From: Ostrea edulis
Lineage: Eukaryota
Reading direction: 5' to 3'
Assembly (NCBI RefSeq): GCF_947568905.1
Contig: NC_079168.1
Coordinates: forward strand, 18,290,001-18,354,000
DNA: 64,000 nucleotides
The notes under the pieces: model-generated
What the model was told of the DNA's origin: nothing
The model's input: the letters and a program-made list of their open reading frames with translations, nothing else
Databases searched by the model: none
Program-made: the position numbers and the translations under genes
Part shown: positions 52,070-64,000 of the stretch, piece by piece
Layout: the number at the start of each line of letters is the position of its first letter
Position numbering within the stretch: the first letter of the stretch is position 1

Positions 52070-52079
52070 GGAATTTTCC
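52070..52079. promoter_or_regulatory. kappaB-like site upstream of cGLR (copy at 60889-60898)
   Basis: GGAATTTTCC, with an AAGTGA-like repeat (tgaagtgaagtgac on the minus strand) about 40 bp away. Motif match only. Confidence 0.25.
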
Positions 52080-52347
52080 TATAAGGAGTTCATTATTTCA
52101 ATATCTTCGCAATTCAAAATTTAAAAAAAAATCTTCGTCAGATAAATCAGTAAATGTGTTCATTTTCGAATATGCTAATTTAAATAATTTCTCTCTGTTG
52201 ACTAATTTGTCACAATGAACAGAGACCTATATAACATGCATGTCTCTGTAATGAAATGAATTCATCTTCTGCTACATTTTCTGCAGATACCTGTCCCGCA
52301 GTACTGTCCAATATATTTCTGAAAGGAAGATAAACGAAAGGTTCATG

Positions 52348-52690
52348 GCAAACCAGACCACCACAACGACCACGGAACCCGCGAAATGCTGACCTCAAAC
52401 GATACCGTTGAAACCCCTGCACCATCAACTTGTTTGCCAGTAGCCTGCCTCGATTTAAAATCAACCACACGCAGAACAAGCTCCCGCATATCGAACCAAT
52501 CGAGAGACACGAATACCACACTTAGGAGACAACGGAACATTCCTGCATAAATACGGAAAGGCGATGACGGAGAAGCAGAAATCACCCCGACTGCCACAAA
52601 GCCGAGCTGCTAGTTTGCTGTTGATATCTATTTTCAATAAAACATCCAAGTATTGAAGCAGAAGTGGACGATTCTATGGTATCTTTTATT
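52348..52690 (-). mobile_element. Duplicated part of the hypermutated Penelope-like fragment
   Basis: Same T-to-C-rich sequence as 43772-44110. Confidence 0.8.
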
Positions 52691-53141
52691 TCATTATTTC
52701 AATATCACTCGCAGGATGATATACAAAATACAATGGTGCCAGAAAACGCCTCGCAGTAGCGATGTAAGTGAGCGGGTCAAAGGATCTAGTTTTAATTAGA
52801 TTGACTTGCTGTATTTACAAGACCAAGGACCGATTAGAATGCTGGAAATCCAATGGCGTGATATTTTTTTTTCATCTTTATATCGTCAGCTTGTCCATTT
52901 GTCTGTCTGTCCATCTGTCTGTGGATGATTTTGTTAATAAAAGATGTGTCGTTTTCTGACTCATGAACGATGAATAGTAGATACCAGAAATTATATTAAG
53001 CATATCTTCAATATTCTAAGTAACACTCTACTGCAGAATAAATATTCTTACATTTACGTTAATTGCTCCCAACAATCTTCATGTGAAAAAGATGTGTTTA
53101 TTCTTCAAAGAGCACAAATTAACTATTTCCCACCCTCCAAT

Positions 53142-54382
53142 GTGCCTTGTGTGGGCATTAGTTCCGCTAGGACAGTTCTAGTTGCGGGTGCAGCGTAGTG
53201 CAGCGATCGTCTTTTCGATCGGGTGTTTACTGTGTGGTGCACTTGGTAACGCTATTCTTAGCAGACGCCATTTCCAAATCCTTGCTTCAAAATAGGCTCT
53301 GCTTTTCCTTTTTTTTCTAAATATGTCATAGGCAGCCTGCTACATTGCTTCACGCGTGGTTCCGTCGTGCCGGGGCACTACTTGTTGGTAGTCCTTGAGG
53401 GCTTTGTCGATGGCACTGGTGAAGCACTTGCGTAGCGAAGGTACTTCCGATCAGGCAATGTTGATCCAATGACAGCCTATTTGCTTAGAGCGACGGATTT
53501 GTCTGGGTAGGTCGGTTGGTTGACTGTATATGCTGAACATCCCGTCGAGATTGTTTCACTCATATAGATACGTCACCATTGAAGGCGAAGGACTGAAAAT
53601 GTTTAGGTATATGTTCAGCGCTTACGACCCTTGAGCAAGGGGGGATCTTTATCGTACCACACCTGCTGTGACACGGGGCCTCGGTTTTTGCGGTCCCATT
53701 TCCCCCTTACGACAAGCGATGGATACCATTATAACCCGGAAATGTCTGGGTCGGAGGTGTCCAACTGCTGCCAATATAGAGATTTGGGGTGACTCCAGAA
53801 AACTCGATGACAAGACTTGTTTGGAAAAAAGGTGTTGATGAGTGCAAATCTCAAGTAACCACGGTGTGTTTTTATTGAGCTAGCGAAGTGTCCTAAGCAG
53901 CGGGCCGGGAACTATGATCTGTGACAACTCTGGCGTTAAAATTTCCGAGTAGGAATAAGTGCTTATTCGCTAGTATTTATATGACATTAGCGTCAATGCA
54001 AGGCTCTCGTATAAAACAATCTTAACATCAACAGTTGAACAAAGTGTTGGGGCGGAAGTGAGGGTCAAGAGGAAGTTGTGAGACAGGGAATAGAACCGCG
54101 CTGCGTCCTGGAAAGGCGATTCAACTTGGGAAAGGGGTGAATTGCGTACTGCAAAGCCAACGCCATGCATATGACACTCATCTGGTTCCAGTCCCTGCCA
54201 AAAGGACGTGTATCCTTGATGCTGCCGTTGGAGGGGGAAACATGTCGCCTGTATACAATGTCAATGTTGAGCCTGTATAGCTGGTGGTCGATGATGGTTG
54301 TTTTTCCGATGTTGTAAACTAGCACGAGATTGTCATATGTAGCAGGACACATTGTCTTCATGTTCGAAGTTACTAGTCGCAA
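53142..54382 (-). mobile_element. Duplicate of the RTE LINE fragment (with SINE at about 53547-53742)
   Basis: Offset 8352 from 44790-46030. Confidence 0.75.
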
Positions 54383-56458
54383 TGCTGGTAGTTCCTGATT
54401 TTTGTTCTGTTTTCTTGGTACGGTGATTACAGCTGTTTTGGGTTTTCACTTAAGCTCCAAGCAATTATTGAAGCAGGCAGATTGTGGTGAGTCAATACCT
54501 TACCAGCTGGGGATTCCACGGCTTGAGGCGGGTGATAGTTGACCAGTGGAACTGCGACGATCCCTCCCATCGTCGAGGACAGTCCGTAGCGCAAGATCTC
54601 ACACAAATCTGCCAATCCACTCTAAGCTTAAAACTAATTAACTGCTGTTTCCCGTGTATATTTTGTTCGGACACAGCGACAATAGAATAACTACTCTAGG
54701 GAACATGCTTAAGTATAGGATCCCAGGGTGTCCAAAGTGTAGAATTTCCCCTTTCAGCGTTGCTGACAGAGACCATCAGAAAAAAAACCAAGCAAATATA
54801 GTTGGTGCCAGATCATCTACCGGAGGGTTTCGGGAAGTTAAAAAAACTACCTTAGGGGCTCCATTCTTTGCCCCAATCGCGTTGTATCCTTTAAAGATTA
54901 CTAGTACACACTTGTTTTATATAACACCAGCTTCCTATCAAAGTGACTGGGTTCCTCGTGACTGGTACAAAAACGTACATATCCTATCCTCCTTATATAT
55001 ATAAAAGTATTTTCCAGTCTGTACATATGTACTCTGGTTCTGTACCCATATTCAAACTTACTGGTTCTGTACCCATTTTCAATGTATATGTCTTAAACAG
55101 CAGACTGCTGAGAACACGACCAGCTCTTCAATTCTAAAGAATACATGGCAAGTATTGTACTCGAGTTTCTTCTATACTCGGAATAAATGATTTACACCGA
55201 TTTCCATCATGATTTTTCTCTCAGTAGAATTCAGAATTACTGGTGCAGAGTGTTGTAAGCAAGAGGCAGTCATAGAGGCACCACACTGGCAACTTACCAA
55301 TTACATTAAAGTAAAACAATCCTGAATATTTAACAGTTCATATATCTAGGTACAATGTACATGTAATTGACGACTCCATACCTGACATTCTTGAAACTGA
55401 AATGAACATCACATGATTTACAAAATAAATATTACAAGAATAAGTACCATGTGCAGGCTAGGCAAGAACATCACGAAGGTAGTGTGTAACTTTACAAGTC
55501 TTTCTTCTCACTATACGACACAGACTTAACTAAATGTTCAATCTTTTATCTAATATTATAGAATTCCTTAACCCATTTTAGGGAAGTTTCGACATTTCGT
55601 ATAACATTGGAGTAATATAATCTTCCTATTCATCATTTTTGAGTGTTGACGGAATTTAGTACTTCTAGTCGATGGCGTTAATAATCGCTATGCATTCTCT
55701 GAAAATAATGTCGTAAATATTTCTCTCTCTCTCTCGCACACACGTTCATTTCTAATTCTTTGTATTTTTGAGAATCTGACTCCGCAATGAGAAATATTCT
55801 TTCACTATTTCAAACCCCAAGACGATGGAAAGACCTGTAATTGTTCGCGGACAATTAGGATTACTAGTTCGTTATTTTTGAGACTCTGATTCCACTCCCA
55901 GTTCCCAGAACTTTACGCCCTTAATTTCTCAATTGAAGTGACCAATAGCATCCATTCGATGTATCACTGGAAACAAAGATAACAATAGCACTCCGCCTCT
56001 TAGAAAATAATAATTAATGCTTTTTATTTTGCAACACAGCAAGAATTTAAAATCATACACATAAATATCTTCCCGATGTCGTGCATCATTAGCTAGCGAC
56101 CAGAATGAATGTAATAATTTTTACTCAATAAAAACTATCACTCTTGACATTAAACCTTATTTTTTAAATCAAAATTCCTTGAAATACAATTATTTTTACA
56201 ATATCTACTCAACAGTTACAAAAATATCCAGTTTTAGATACGGATTTTATCAATGTTTCCTGACAATAGATATAAACCTAACTTCCTCTTACTATTCCTA
56301 GATATTTTTCATGTTGTTCAGATTGTATAAACAGGAAGTTTTTCCTCATCATATGGATACAGATACAAGTAGTTGAAGTTGTTCTCGATAGCTATATACA
56401 TTGCCATGACCACCAGATGCATTTACAATGCACAGAGATAATTCTGTTACAGCATTAT

Positions 56459-56650
56459 GTCGCGGTAGCTCAATGGTAGAGCGGATATGACCTTAACACA
56501 GGGGTCCCTTGTCGCGGCAGGCGTTGGCACGTTAAATAACCCTCATTGCTATGGCCCTGAGCGCTAAGCATGGGTCTACATTTATGGTACTTAATCTGCA
56601 GCTGGTGATGTCTCAATATGAGTAACAAAATATGACAGGACGACAAACAA
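56459..56650 (+). mobile_element. Duplicate of the tRNA-derived SINE
   Basis: Copy of 48124-48315. Confidence 0.65.
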
Positions 56651-57111
56651 AGAACAACTGATTAATCTTATTTTACAATGGTTTGCTTGCTGATGTTGAA
56701 TGCTAACAAAGCCTGCTGACTGAATGCTAGCCATCCTGATCCTATCCTATTAATCTGGGGCAATGCTAGTAAACGCAACTGAAACTACATGCAGCATCAA
56801 TGCTACCAGAAGTAAAAGTTGATTGTTCTCTTCTTTGTCAAATCAAAATGAAGTTTATCATTTTGAAATCATGTATTTCTCCTACATTTACCTAATGCAA
56901 GTAATACTTTGTTTCATCGATCTTCGTAAATATTACAAAATCAGCATCAATTGTCTGAAAGCGAGTACATGTAAATACTGATTTTCGTTGTTGACAATAT
57001 TTACAGGTTAAATGTTAAATCCTAGGCCTAGTTTTAGTGCTGATTGTTTACAAAATATGCAAATGTTACTTTATGTATTAAATATAGGTCTCATAATAAA
57101 TATCAATAGCC

Positions 57112-57823
57112 ATAAATACGTAAAGAATATCTGTCACTGTAGATAATTCCCGTCTTATAAATACGTAAAGAATATCTGTCACTGTAGATAGTTCCCGTCT
57201 TATAAATACGTAAAGAATATCTGTCACTGTAGATAGTTCCCGTCTTATAAATACGTAAAGAATATCTGTCACTGTAGATAGTTCCCGTCTGATAAGTACG
57301 TAAAGAATATCTGTCACTGTAGATAGTTCCCGTCTTATAAAGAATATCTGTCACTGTAGATAGTTTCCGTCTTATAAATACGTAAAGAATATCTGTCACT
57401 GTAGATAGTTCCCGTCTTATAAATACGTAAAGAATATCTGTCACTGTAGATAATTCCCGTCTTATAAATACGTAAAGAATATCTGTCACTGTAGATAATT
57501 CCCGTCTTATAAATACGTAAAGAATATCTGTCACTGTAGATAATTCCCATCTTATAAATACGTAAAGAATATCTGTCACTATAGATAGTTCCCGTCTTAT
57601 AAATACGTAAAGAATATCTGTCACTGTAGATAATTCCCGTCTTATAAATACGTAAAGAATATCTGTCACTGTAGATAGTTCCCGTCTTATAAATACGTAA
57701 AGAATATCTGTCACTGTAGATAATTCCCGTCTTATAAATACGTAAAGAATATCTGTCACTGTAGATAATTCCCGTCTTATAAATACGTAAAGAATATTTG
57801 TCACTGTAGATAATTCCGGTCTT
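57112..57823. repeat. 45-bp minisatellite, 16 units (one with an 8-bp deletion), 3' flank of cGLR copy 2
   Basis: 712 bp = 16 x 45 - 8; same unit as 48781-49005. Confidence 0.95.
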
Positions 57824-57833
57824 GTTACTGGTA

Positions 57834-60187
57834 TCATACCAACATTCTAAGCAACTGTGCAATGTAAAATAAACAGGAGGTCCTGGAGTACCACTCGGGG
57901 CAGCCGGAATTCTTCATGATGTGGATCCGCTTGCAATTGTGGGCCAAACAGTAATATCGTAACGCATCTTCATATTTGCCTAACTTGGTTGCTGTAACTG
58001 CAAGCATGATGTAGTTTAAATGCCTGTTGATCCGGTTAGAGAACGCTAGACAGTCTCTCAATGTTAGTGACAATTCCTCCACCACCTTCAGATTGCTCAT
58101 GTTTGAATAGCAAAGTATTTTCAGAAACACAGAGTACATTTTTGGTGGGATGACAACACGAGACTCTGTGTGTTTCATCATGACCACTTCCAGGGCTATT
58201 TCAATAGGTACGAGAGGCATCATCCTAAAGATTTCGAAATCATACGAAACTGCAAGTGATGCTTTTTCCATGGAACTAAATCCTTGTCCACACATATTTT
58301 CCTCATAATTCCCAAACGTTTGGACACCGTGACGACTGCTGCAGTATATGTATCCCAGACCAGCTTCTAAACGTTCATCATACTCTTTGATATATGATAG
58401 AGCTGCTGAAAATCTTCCAAGACAATAATGAGCAGCAGCTAGTGTAAGATTCCCTTTGCTGATATCCGCAAATCGGGTGTGATTCAAGTAGCAAAATGCT
58501 TTCCTAATGTATTTGTAGCGGTCCCGAGTTGTACATTTTGTTAGTGAAATATTCAGGTATATCAATGCAAGCTGTGACAGATTGTGATAGCGACGTAACC
58601 TTATAATGTCCATATCTGAAGAATCCATATTTTCCTTTATCTCTAATGTCAGGGAATTCTTGAGTTCTAATTCAAGTATATCTAACGACGGCATTTTTGG
58701 TTGTCGTGCAAGTATTTCACTAAACAGTCCACAATCGAGAATATCTTCTTTGCGTGTTCTACTTACAGGTTTGCTGTAAGATGACACAAGGATTTTATAG
58801 TCTTCCTCTGGTTTCGATATTGGAAAAGAATGTGGTGTTATCTCTTGTCTAGCGCGTTCCAAAGCCTTTTTAAGATGAGACAGAGAATGACATTTAAGCA
58901 AGCATCGCCAGCCTTCATTGTGTATTTCAGAGAGCCGAGAAGATATATATGCCAACTGCCATTCTTGTACTTTTCCTAAAAACATATTATTTTCTCTGAT
59001 GAAATAGTTTGGACAGAATCCAGTTTCCACCCATGAAATCAGTCTTTGAAAGCAAATATCAACACAAAACACTAGATGCTCGGGCGTCCAATAATCGGAC
59101 GGTGTCTCTTCAATTGTCCAATACAAAGCAGTTTTCAGGAAATAAGAGCAAAGACCGCTTTTCAGGATAGGATCTCTCGAGAAGACCTCCTGATTCAAAA
59201 GTTTGAATATACCATACGTCAAAAACTGAGTGTCATTGAAGGCGTAGACCAATGTCTTCTCAGCGACGGAAAAGGATAATCTCCATTGCAATGGGTCTTG
59301 TATCCACTCTGATTCATCAGACATAGTACAGTCTGTATAGTTCTCATTAAGTTGCTTTGATCCTATTGCCATTAAATGACATCCATTGCTCTTTATCCTG
59401 CTGACTAGTTCTTGAGAGGGCCATCCATGTGCTCTTCTTCTGATGATCCATTCGTCTGCGCATTTCGGCCATTCTTTGTATTCTAAGCAAAAGGCCCTAT
59501 CGTGATCTGTTCCTAGATCGTCCGTCTCCAATACACAGGGTCCGTGACGAACGCCACCTTTCGAAGATTGTTGAAAGGTTTGTAAGAATGCTTCATTCGA
59601 TAGATAGTACTCTCCACACATCGTCCTCGTTGCATCTCGAATGTGAGAAAGGGGAGTACAAGGTGTCAGAACAATAAGTTTGAAATAGCCTGGGGGAATA
59701 CCTGGAGGGTTTACCATTTTAACCACCGCAAGATATTTTCCCAGATTTTCTGGAGTAACACTTACAACTTTAGTCAATTTATCGACATACATTTGGTCAA
59801 CGTCTGATCCTTGTATACGAAAACCTTCTGCACAACTTCCAGATCTTATGACTTCAATCTGGTTACCAACCGAGTCCAGACGATCCAGAACGTCCAAAAT
59901 GTGTCTTCTCAGTCGCTGATTTTGTGGGTCACCAACAGCATTCAGAAGATTATCAGCAATGAGATGCGAAAGATGTGGATCATCTGTCCACAGATTTCTA
60001 CTAGCACCTGTAAACAATAAAGACTCAACATTTCATTCGTCATTTGTAGATTTTAAAAACTCAAGTTTTTATTCATCTTAGGATAACATGTTCCCATCAT
60101 GAGTTTACCTTAAAATTCAATTGAACACCACAATTATAGTCATATGTAAACCAGACAGTAACATTCAAGTTTTAGCATACCTTCCAT
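57834..60187 (-). CDS. cGAS-like receptor (cGLR) with C-terminal TPR-like region, copy 2, about 726 aa
   Basis: Intact ORF with 10 amino-acid differences from copy 1. Start mini-exon 60181-60187 is spliced to 57834-60007. Confidence 0.9.
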
Positions 60188-62274
60188 TATGCAGCACGTT
60201 TGGAGACTGTCTCTTTGTGGAGCATGTTCAACTGAACTATTGTTAAAACTGCAGGAAGTTTAAATCAAAATCTACCGGAAATCACTTCCAACTGCATGCA
60301 ATAGGTCTATTGGTTCGATAGGATCATTTTTGTCAGTCTGTATACACACATATCTCGCATAGAATATTCATCAGTCTTCAAGAACCGTTCTGTCTTGTTT
60401 TATGTTTGATCCATTGAAAAGGGCATTTGGAATTAACAAAAATCCAGATTCAATGAACATGAAATGCATTATTGTCAATTTTGTTTGGCACATGAAGTGG
60501 ATAACGGGAGTGTAGGCTTAAACCACAGCGCCTGTGATGTGGACTTCAGTGGAGTTCGGTGCGCATGCGTGCGTTTGGTCATAATTTCACTACTTAGGGA
60601 TTCTTAACATACATTTATATTTATTTATAGACATAATAAGAAAGTCACTGCTATCTAAACCCCAATAGAAAAACAGCACACGTGCATATAGCTTATAGAA
60701 TAGAATATATTTATTTCTAAATCAGAACCCCAATTGAATAGGCATTTAATGAGATGTTACATATATAAGGAAGGAAAAACCAAAAGACAGGGTTAACATG
60801 AATTGAAACAGGCTAAAATTACATTGGACAAAAAGGAAGAAGTCACTTCACTTCATATGGTTAAGTTCAAGTAAACAAATGGAGCTGAGGAATTTTCCTA
60901 TAAGGAGTTCATTATTTCAATATCTTCGCAATTCAAAATTTAAAAAAAAATCTTCGTCAGATAAATCAGTAAATGTGTTCATTTTCGAATATGCTAATTT
61001 AAATAATTTCTCTCTGTTGACTAATTTGTCACAATGAACAGAGACCTATATAACATGCATGTCTCTGTAATGAAATGAATTCATCTTCTGCTACATTTTC
61101 TGCAGATACCTGTCCCGCAGTACTGTTCAATATATTTCTGAAAGGAAGATAAACGAGAGGTTCATGGGCTGCATCGTTCACCCGAGTCACCTTGGTCCCG
61201 TTGTGATTTTTAAGAATTATTATTTTTTCAATCTTTATTCACATGATTTTTTTTTAACCACATATTGTGGCCGCAAAGGGTCACGCCATAAACAAGATAG
61301 AAAGTAGAAAATCATGGTACATGTATGCCTTGCCATTATAGAAAGCCAATGCGGTCAAAATTCTATCCTTGTAACTGCTATTTTTTAAACTACGCAATGC
61401 ATCATTCGTTCGATTTAAATGTAAAAATGTTAAAGGTAATTTGATGTGTCCAGTATAAAATTCATTTATTAGTGCAATGTCAATCCATTGGGTTGAAATG
61501 GCTGTGTACATGTTGTTACGTAATGCATTATCCGTTGAATATATCTAAATAGAATTTAGAAGTTGTCAGTTTGTGATTCATTCTTTGATAAGTATACAAG
61601 TATATGCAAAACTTGTTTGAGGTATAGGTAAATCATTTGGTTTATTAACCTTTGATATTGAATCTTAATATGTAATTATGTAACATGTCAACCCATCATT
61701 CGTTCAAATTTGTAAGCTGCAGTGTCTCATTATGACGACAGAGGGCGTGTGATGTATCAGAAACATACTTTAGCCTTTCGGAGCTTCTCTAGACTTGAGC
61801 TTGAGTCATAATCGAAGCTATTTCCCATTCTGCATAGACATGCACCTATCATAGTTAAAGTGGGTGCAGGGGGGTTGTGGGTTGTAGAAGAAAAACTAGG
61901 AATTAAGTTTGTCAAAAAATCTTGCAGAAAACAGAGGGGGGGGGATAAGAGCTCATGTTTTGCCAAATGGTTTTTATTCATCACTTTCAAACTTGCATTC
62001 TTCTCATTACAACTACTGTTAAAAATAGGGGAGTGTCAGTCACCCAATAAATCTTTATTTGCATTAGAAAATAACAAATAATCATCATCAAAAAAGGGGG
62101 AGGACGCACATATACAATTATGAATAAACTGTGTGTGTGTGTATGTGAACGAATCCAGGGTTGCTCTTCTTGAAAAGAGGTAAAAAGATATAGGCAGGTC
62201 AAAAAGGAGGTCAATGTTATAAGGTGAAAAACGTTGATACCAAAAGGAAGGTCTTCTTGTATATATCAAATGTG

Positions 62275-62870
62275 AAAAGTATAACACTCATCATTCAAAA
62301 ATTATGGCCAAGGTTAAAGTTTTGAAATTTAGGTCAAACAAGGTCAAGGTCATAAGGTCAATCATCATGGTACCAAATGAAATATCTTGCCTTAAGGAAT
62401 CTTTTAACAAAATATGAAAACCATTCCTTAGATAGTTTATGAGATATTGCCTAGGTTACGTTTTCTTAAAAGTAGAGCAAACTGCAAGGCGAAGAACTTA
62501 TACCAAAAAGGTACAGTCACAAGAAATGCTTACATGAAATATGAGAGTTTCATCACTCACCATTCTAAAGTTATGAGCAAGGTTAAAGTTTCAAGCACAC
62601 AAGACAAAAATGCCCCCCCCCCCCCCCCCCCCCCCTTTAATCACAGGGGAATAAAACTTAAATCCATACAACTTAGGAATGTTTGCATTTGAATATGTGG
62701 CCCTATTACTGCTTGAGAAGCACCAACCCTACCCCTGGGAACCACAATGTGAACAAACTTAAATCTGAAGTACCTGGGGGTGCTTGCATATAGGGAATAT
62801 CTTTAAAAATCTTCTTCTCAAGAACAATGGGGCCATGATGAATCCCAGGTAGTGCAGATTCAAGTTTGGG
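62275..62870. mobile_element. Degenerate HINE-type fragments
   Basis: ggccaaggttaaagtttt...ggtcaaggtca units ending cccccc...ggggaataa, and a 166-bp-family fragment (aaaaatcttcttctcaagaac...gtgcagattcaagtttg). Confidence 0.5.
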
Positions 62871-63198
62871 TGATGGAATGTAAAACAATTAGACTTTGCA
62901 GAAATTAACAACGAATTCATAATCATCAGATTGTACAGAAAATATTGTGGAAAAAATCATCAATTCAATCTCAAACAATCAGGTTGTATAGAAATTATTG
63001 ATGGAATCTACAACAATCAGAATGTTAATGTAATGAAATTATTGACAGAATGTACAACAATCGGATTGTATAGCAATTATTAATGGAATATACAATCAGA
63101 TTGTATGAAACTGATTGATGTAATCTACAGCAGACAGAATATAAGGATATCATTGAAGGAAACTACAACAATTGGACTGTGTGAATCAGTATGCATTG

Positions 63199-63744
63199 TC
63201 AATTACAAAGCACCTTAAATGTTTTAATTTCCATAGGATCAATAGATACCCCATGGTGCCCCTGGGTTTCCTTTAATAACACTGTGCCAGTCAGAGTAGT
63301 CTCCCATACTTTTCCCATGGAGCAATCCAGGAAGATCTCTCCTAACCTTAGCATGTCAGGATTTGAACAAATATTGCTGTCTGGTGCAATGTTGCAATCA
63401 AATTGTCTTTTATGCACCACCAGCAAGTTTGCAGTGTTTGGGACATAATCTACTGATTTCTTTTCGTTTGCAGTGTTTGGGACATAATCTCCTGATTTCT
63501 TTTCGTTTGCAGTGTTTGGGACATAATCTCCTGATTTCTTTTCGTGCGTTTCTTTCCTAACATTTGTGGTGATGAATCTGAAGGTAACAAGATGGACGGT
63601 ACAAGGAAGTTCCCGTTTAATCAATGAGAAGTGAGGTGTTTGGTGACTATGGAAAACAGAGTTCATTTTTGCTACAATGCTAGGGTGCTCTAATTCATCA
63701 GAAAGCTGACTGGTCAAAAACGATGGATAGCAGACATCAAATAT
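63199..63744 (-). CDS. Golgi alpha-mannosidase II-like (GH38, MAN2A-type), last coding exon
   Basis: Acceptor ttgcag at 63745-63750. YPS...LEHP, ELPCTVHLVTFR, LVVHKRQFDC, ETTLTG and IDPMEIKTFKV* align by eye to the MAN2A1 C-terminus (SLPCDIHLVNLR, LILHRKGFDC, LSPMEISTFRI). Confidence 0.8.
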   Translation of the reverse strand: MFDVCYPSFLTSQLSDELEHPSIVAKMNSVFHSHQTPHFSLIKRELPCTVHLVTFRFITTNVRKETHEKKSGDYVPNTANEKKSGDYVPNTANEKKSVDYVPNTANLLVVHKRQFDCNIAPDSNICSNPDMLRLGEIFLDCSMGKVWETTLTGTVLLKETQGHHGVSIDPMEIKTFKVLCN

Positions 63745-64000
63745 CTGCAATATAAAATATAAATTGTTTCTATAGATATATCAATATGCTGTGACTTTCC
63801 TTCCATTCCATAATATGCATCATAAGTAATGAATATATCTGCTCTAAATTAATACTTCTTTCCCCTTAAAACAAATTTTTGAGGTATTACCATGTAATTA
63901 TCATATTTTCTCGTAAGTATTTAGTTATGAATGATGTCATACTCTCAAGTCTACAATTTCATTCTACGATCCAAAAGAATAAAACATTTTTTTACCTGAT

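Larger units (their letters stand above)
43772..52347. repeat. Tandem segmental duplication, unit 1 (8576 bp)
   Basis: Colinear with 52348-61166 along its whole length; head-to-tail junction ttcatg|gcaaacc at 52347/52348. Confidence 0.95.
52348..61166. repeat. Tandem segmental duplication, unit 2 (8819 bp)
   Basis: Copy of 43772-52347. It lacks the 177-bp insertion and a ~50-bp segment, and has a longer VNTR and a shorter (TC)n. Confidence 0.95.

Noticed and set aside
57112-57823. 45-bp and 41-bp arrays (also 48781-49005, 17406-19068) as CRISPR arrays
   Set aside because: The units are contiguous with no unique spacers, there are no cas genes, and the context is eukaryotic and intron-containing.
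61281-61511. 76-aa ORF downstream of the duplication
   Set aside because: No recognisable motif or supporting splice structure; AT-rich chance ORF.

Overview
Eukaryotic, AT-rich, repeat-dense genomic DNA with spliceosomal introns. It is most likely from an ostreid oyster, inferred from 166-bp-satellite-bearing Helentron-associated/pearl-type elements and bivalve-type SINEs. Genes reconstructed by hand from splice sites: amnionless (AMN, minus strand, 7 exons visible, runs off the window start); a complete 13-exon legumain (minus, 442 aa); a small plus-strand secreted prepro-protein with a furin site followed by an EGF-like domain; two near-identical cGAS-like receptor (cGLR/Mab21-type nucleotidyltransferase with C-terminal TPR-like region) genes inside an 8.6/8.8-kb head-to-tail tandem duplication; and the last exon of a Golgi alpha-mannosidase II-like gene. 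The rest is Penelope-like, RTE and CR1-type retroelement fragments, tRNA-derived SINEs, Helentron-associated satellite-carrying elements, foldback/MITE elements and minisatellites. Highlights: the duplicated cGLR-TPR pair with substitutions next to the catalytic motif, stop/start overlaps at both CDS ends and a 3'UTR VNTR; a Penelope-like copy with strand-biased A-to-G hypermutation suggestive of ADAR-edited RNA retro-integrated into the genome; and the prepro-EGF peptide gene. All alignments and counts were done by eye. The ORF track uses non-ATG starts, so several of its starts are not real.
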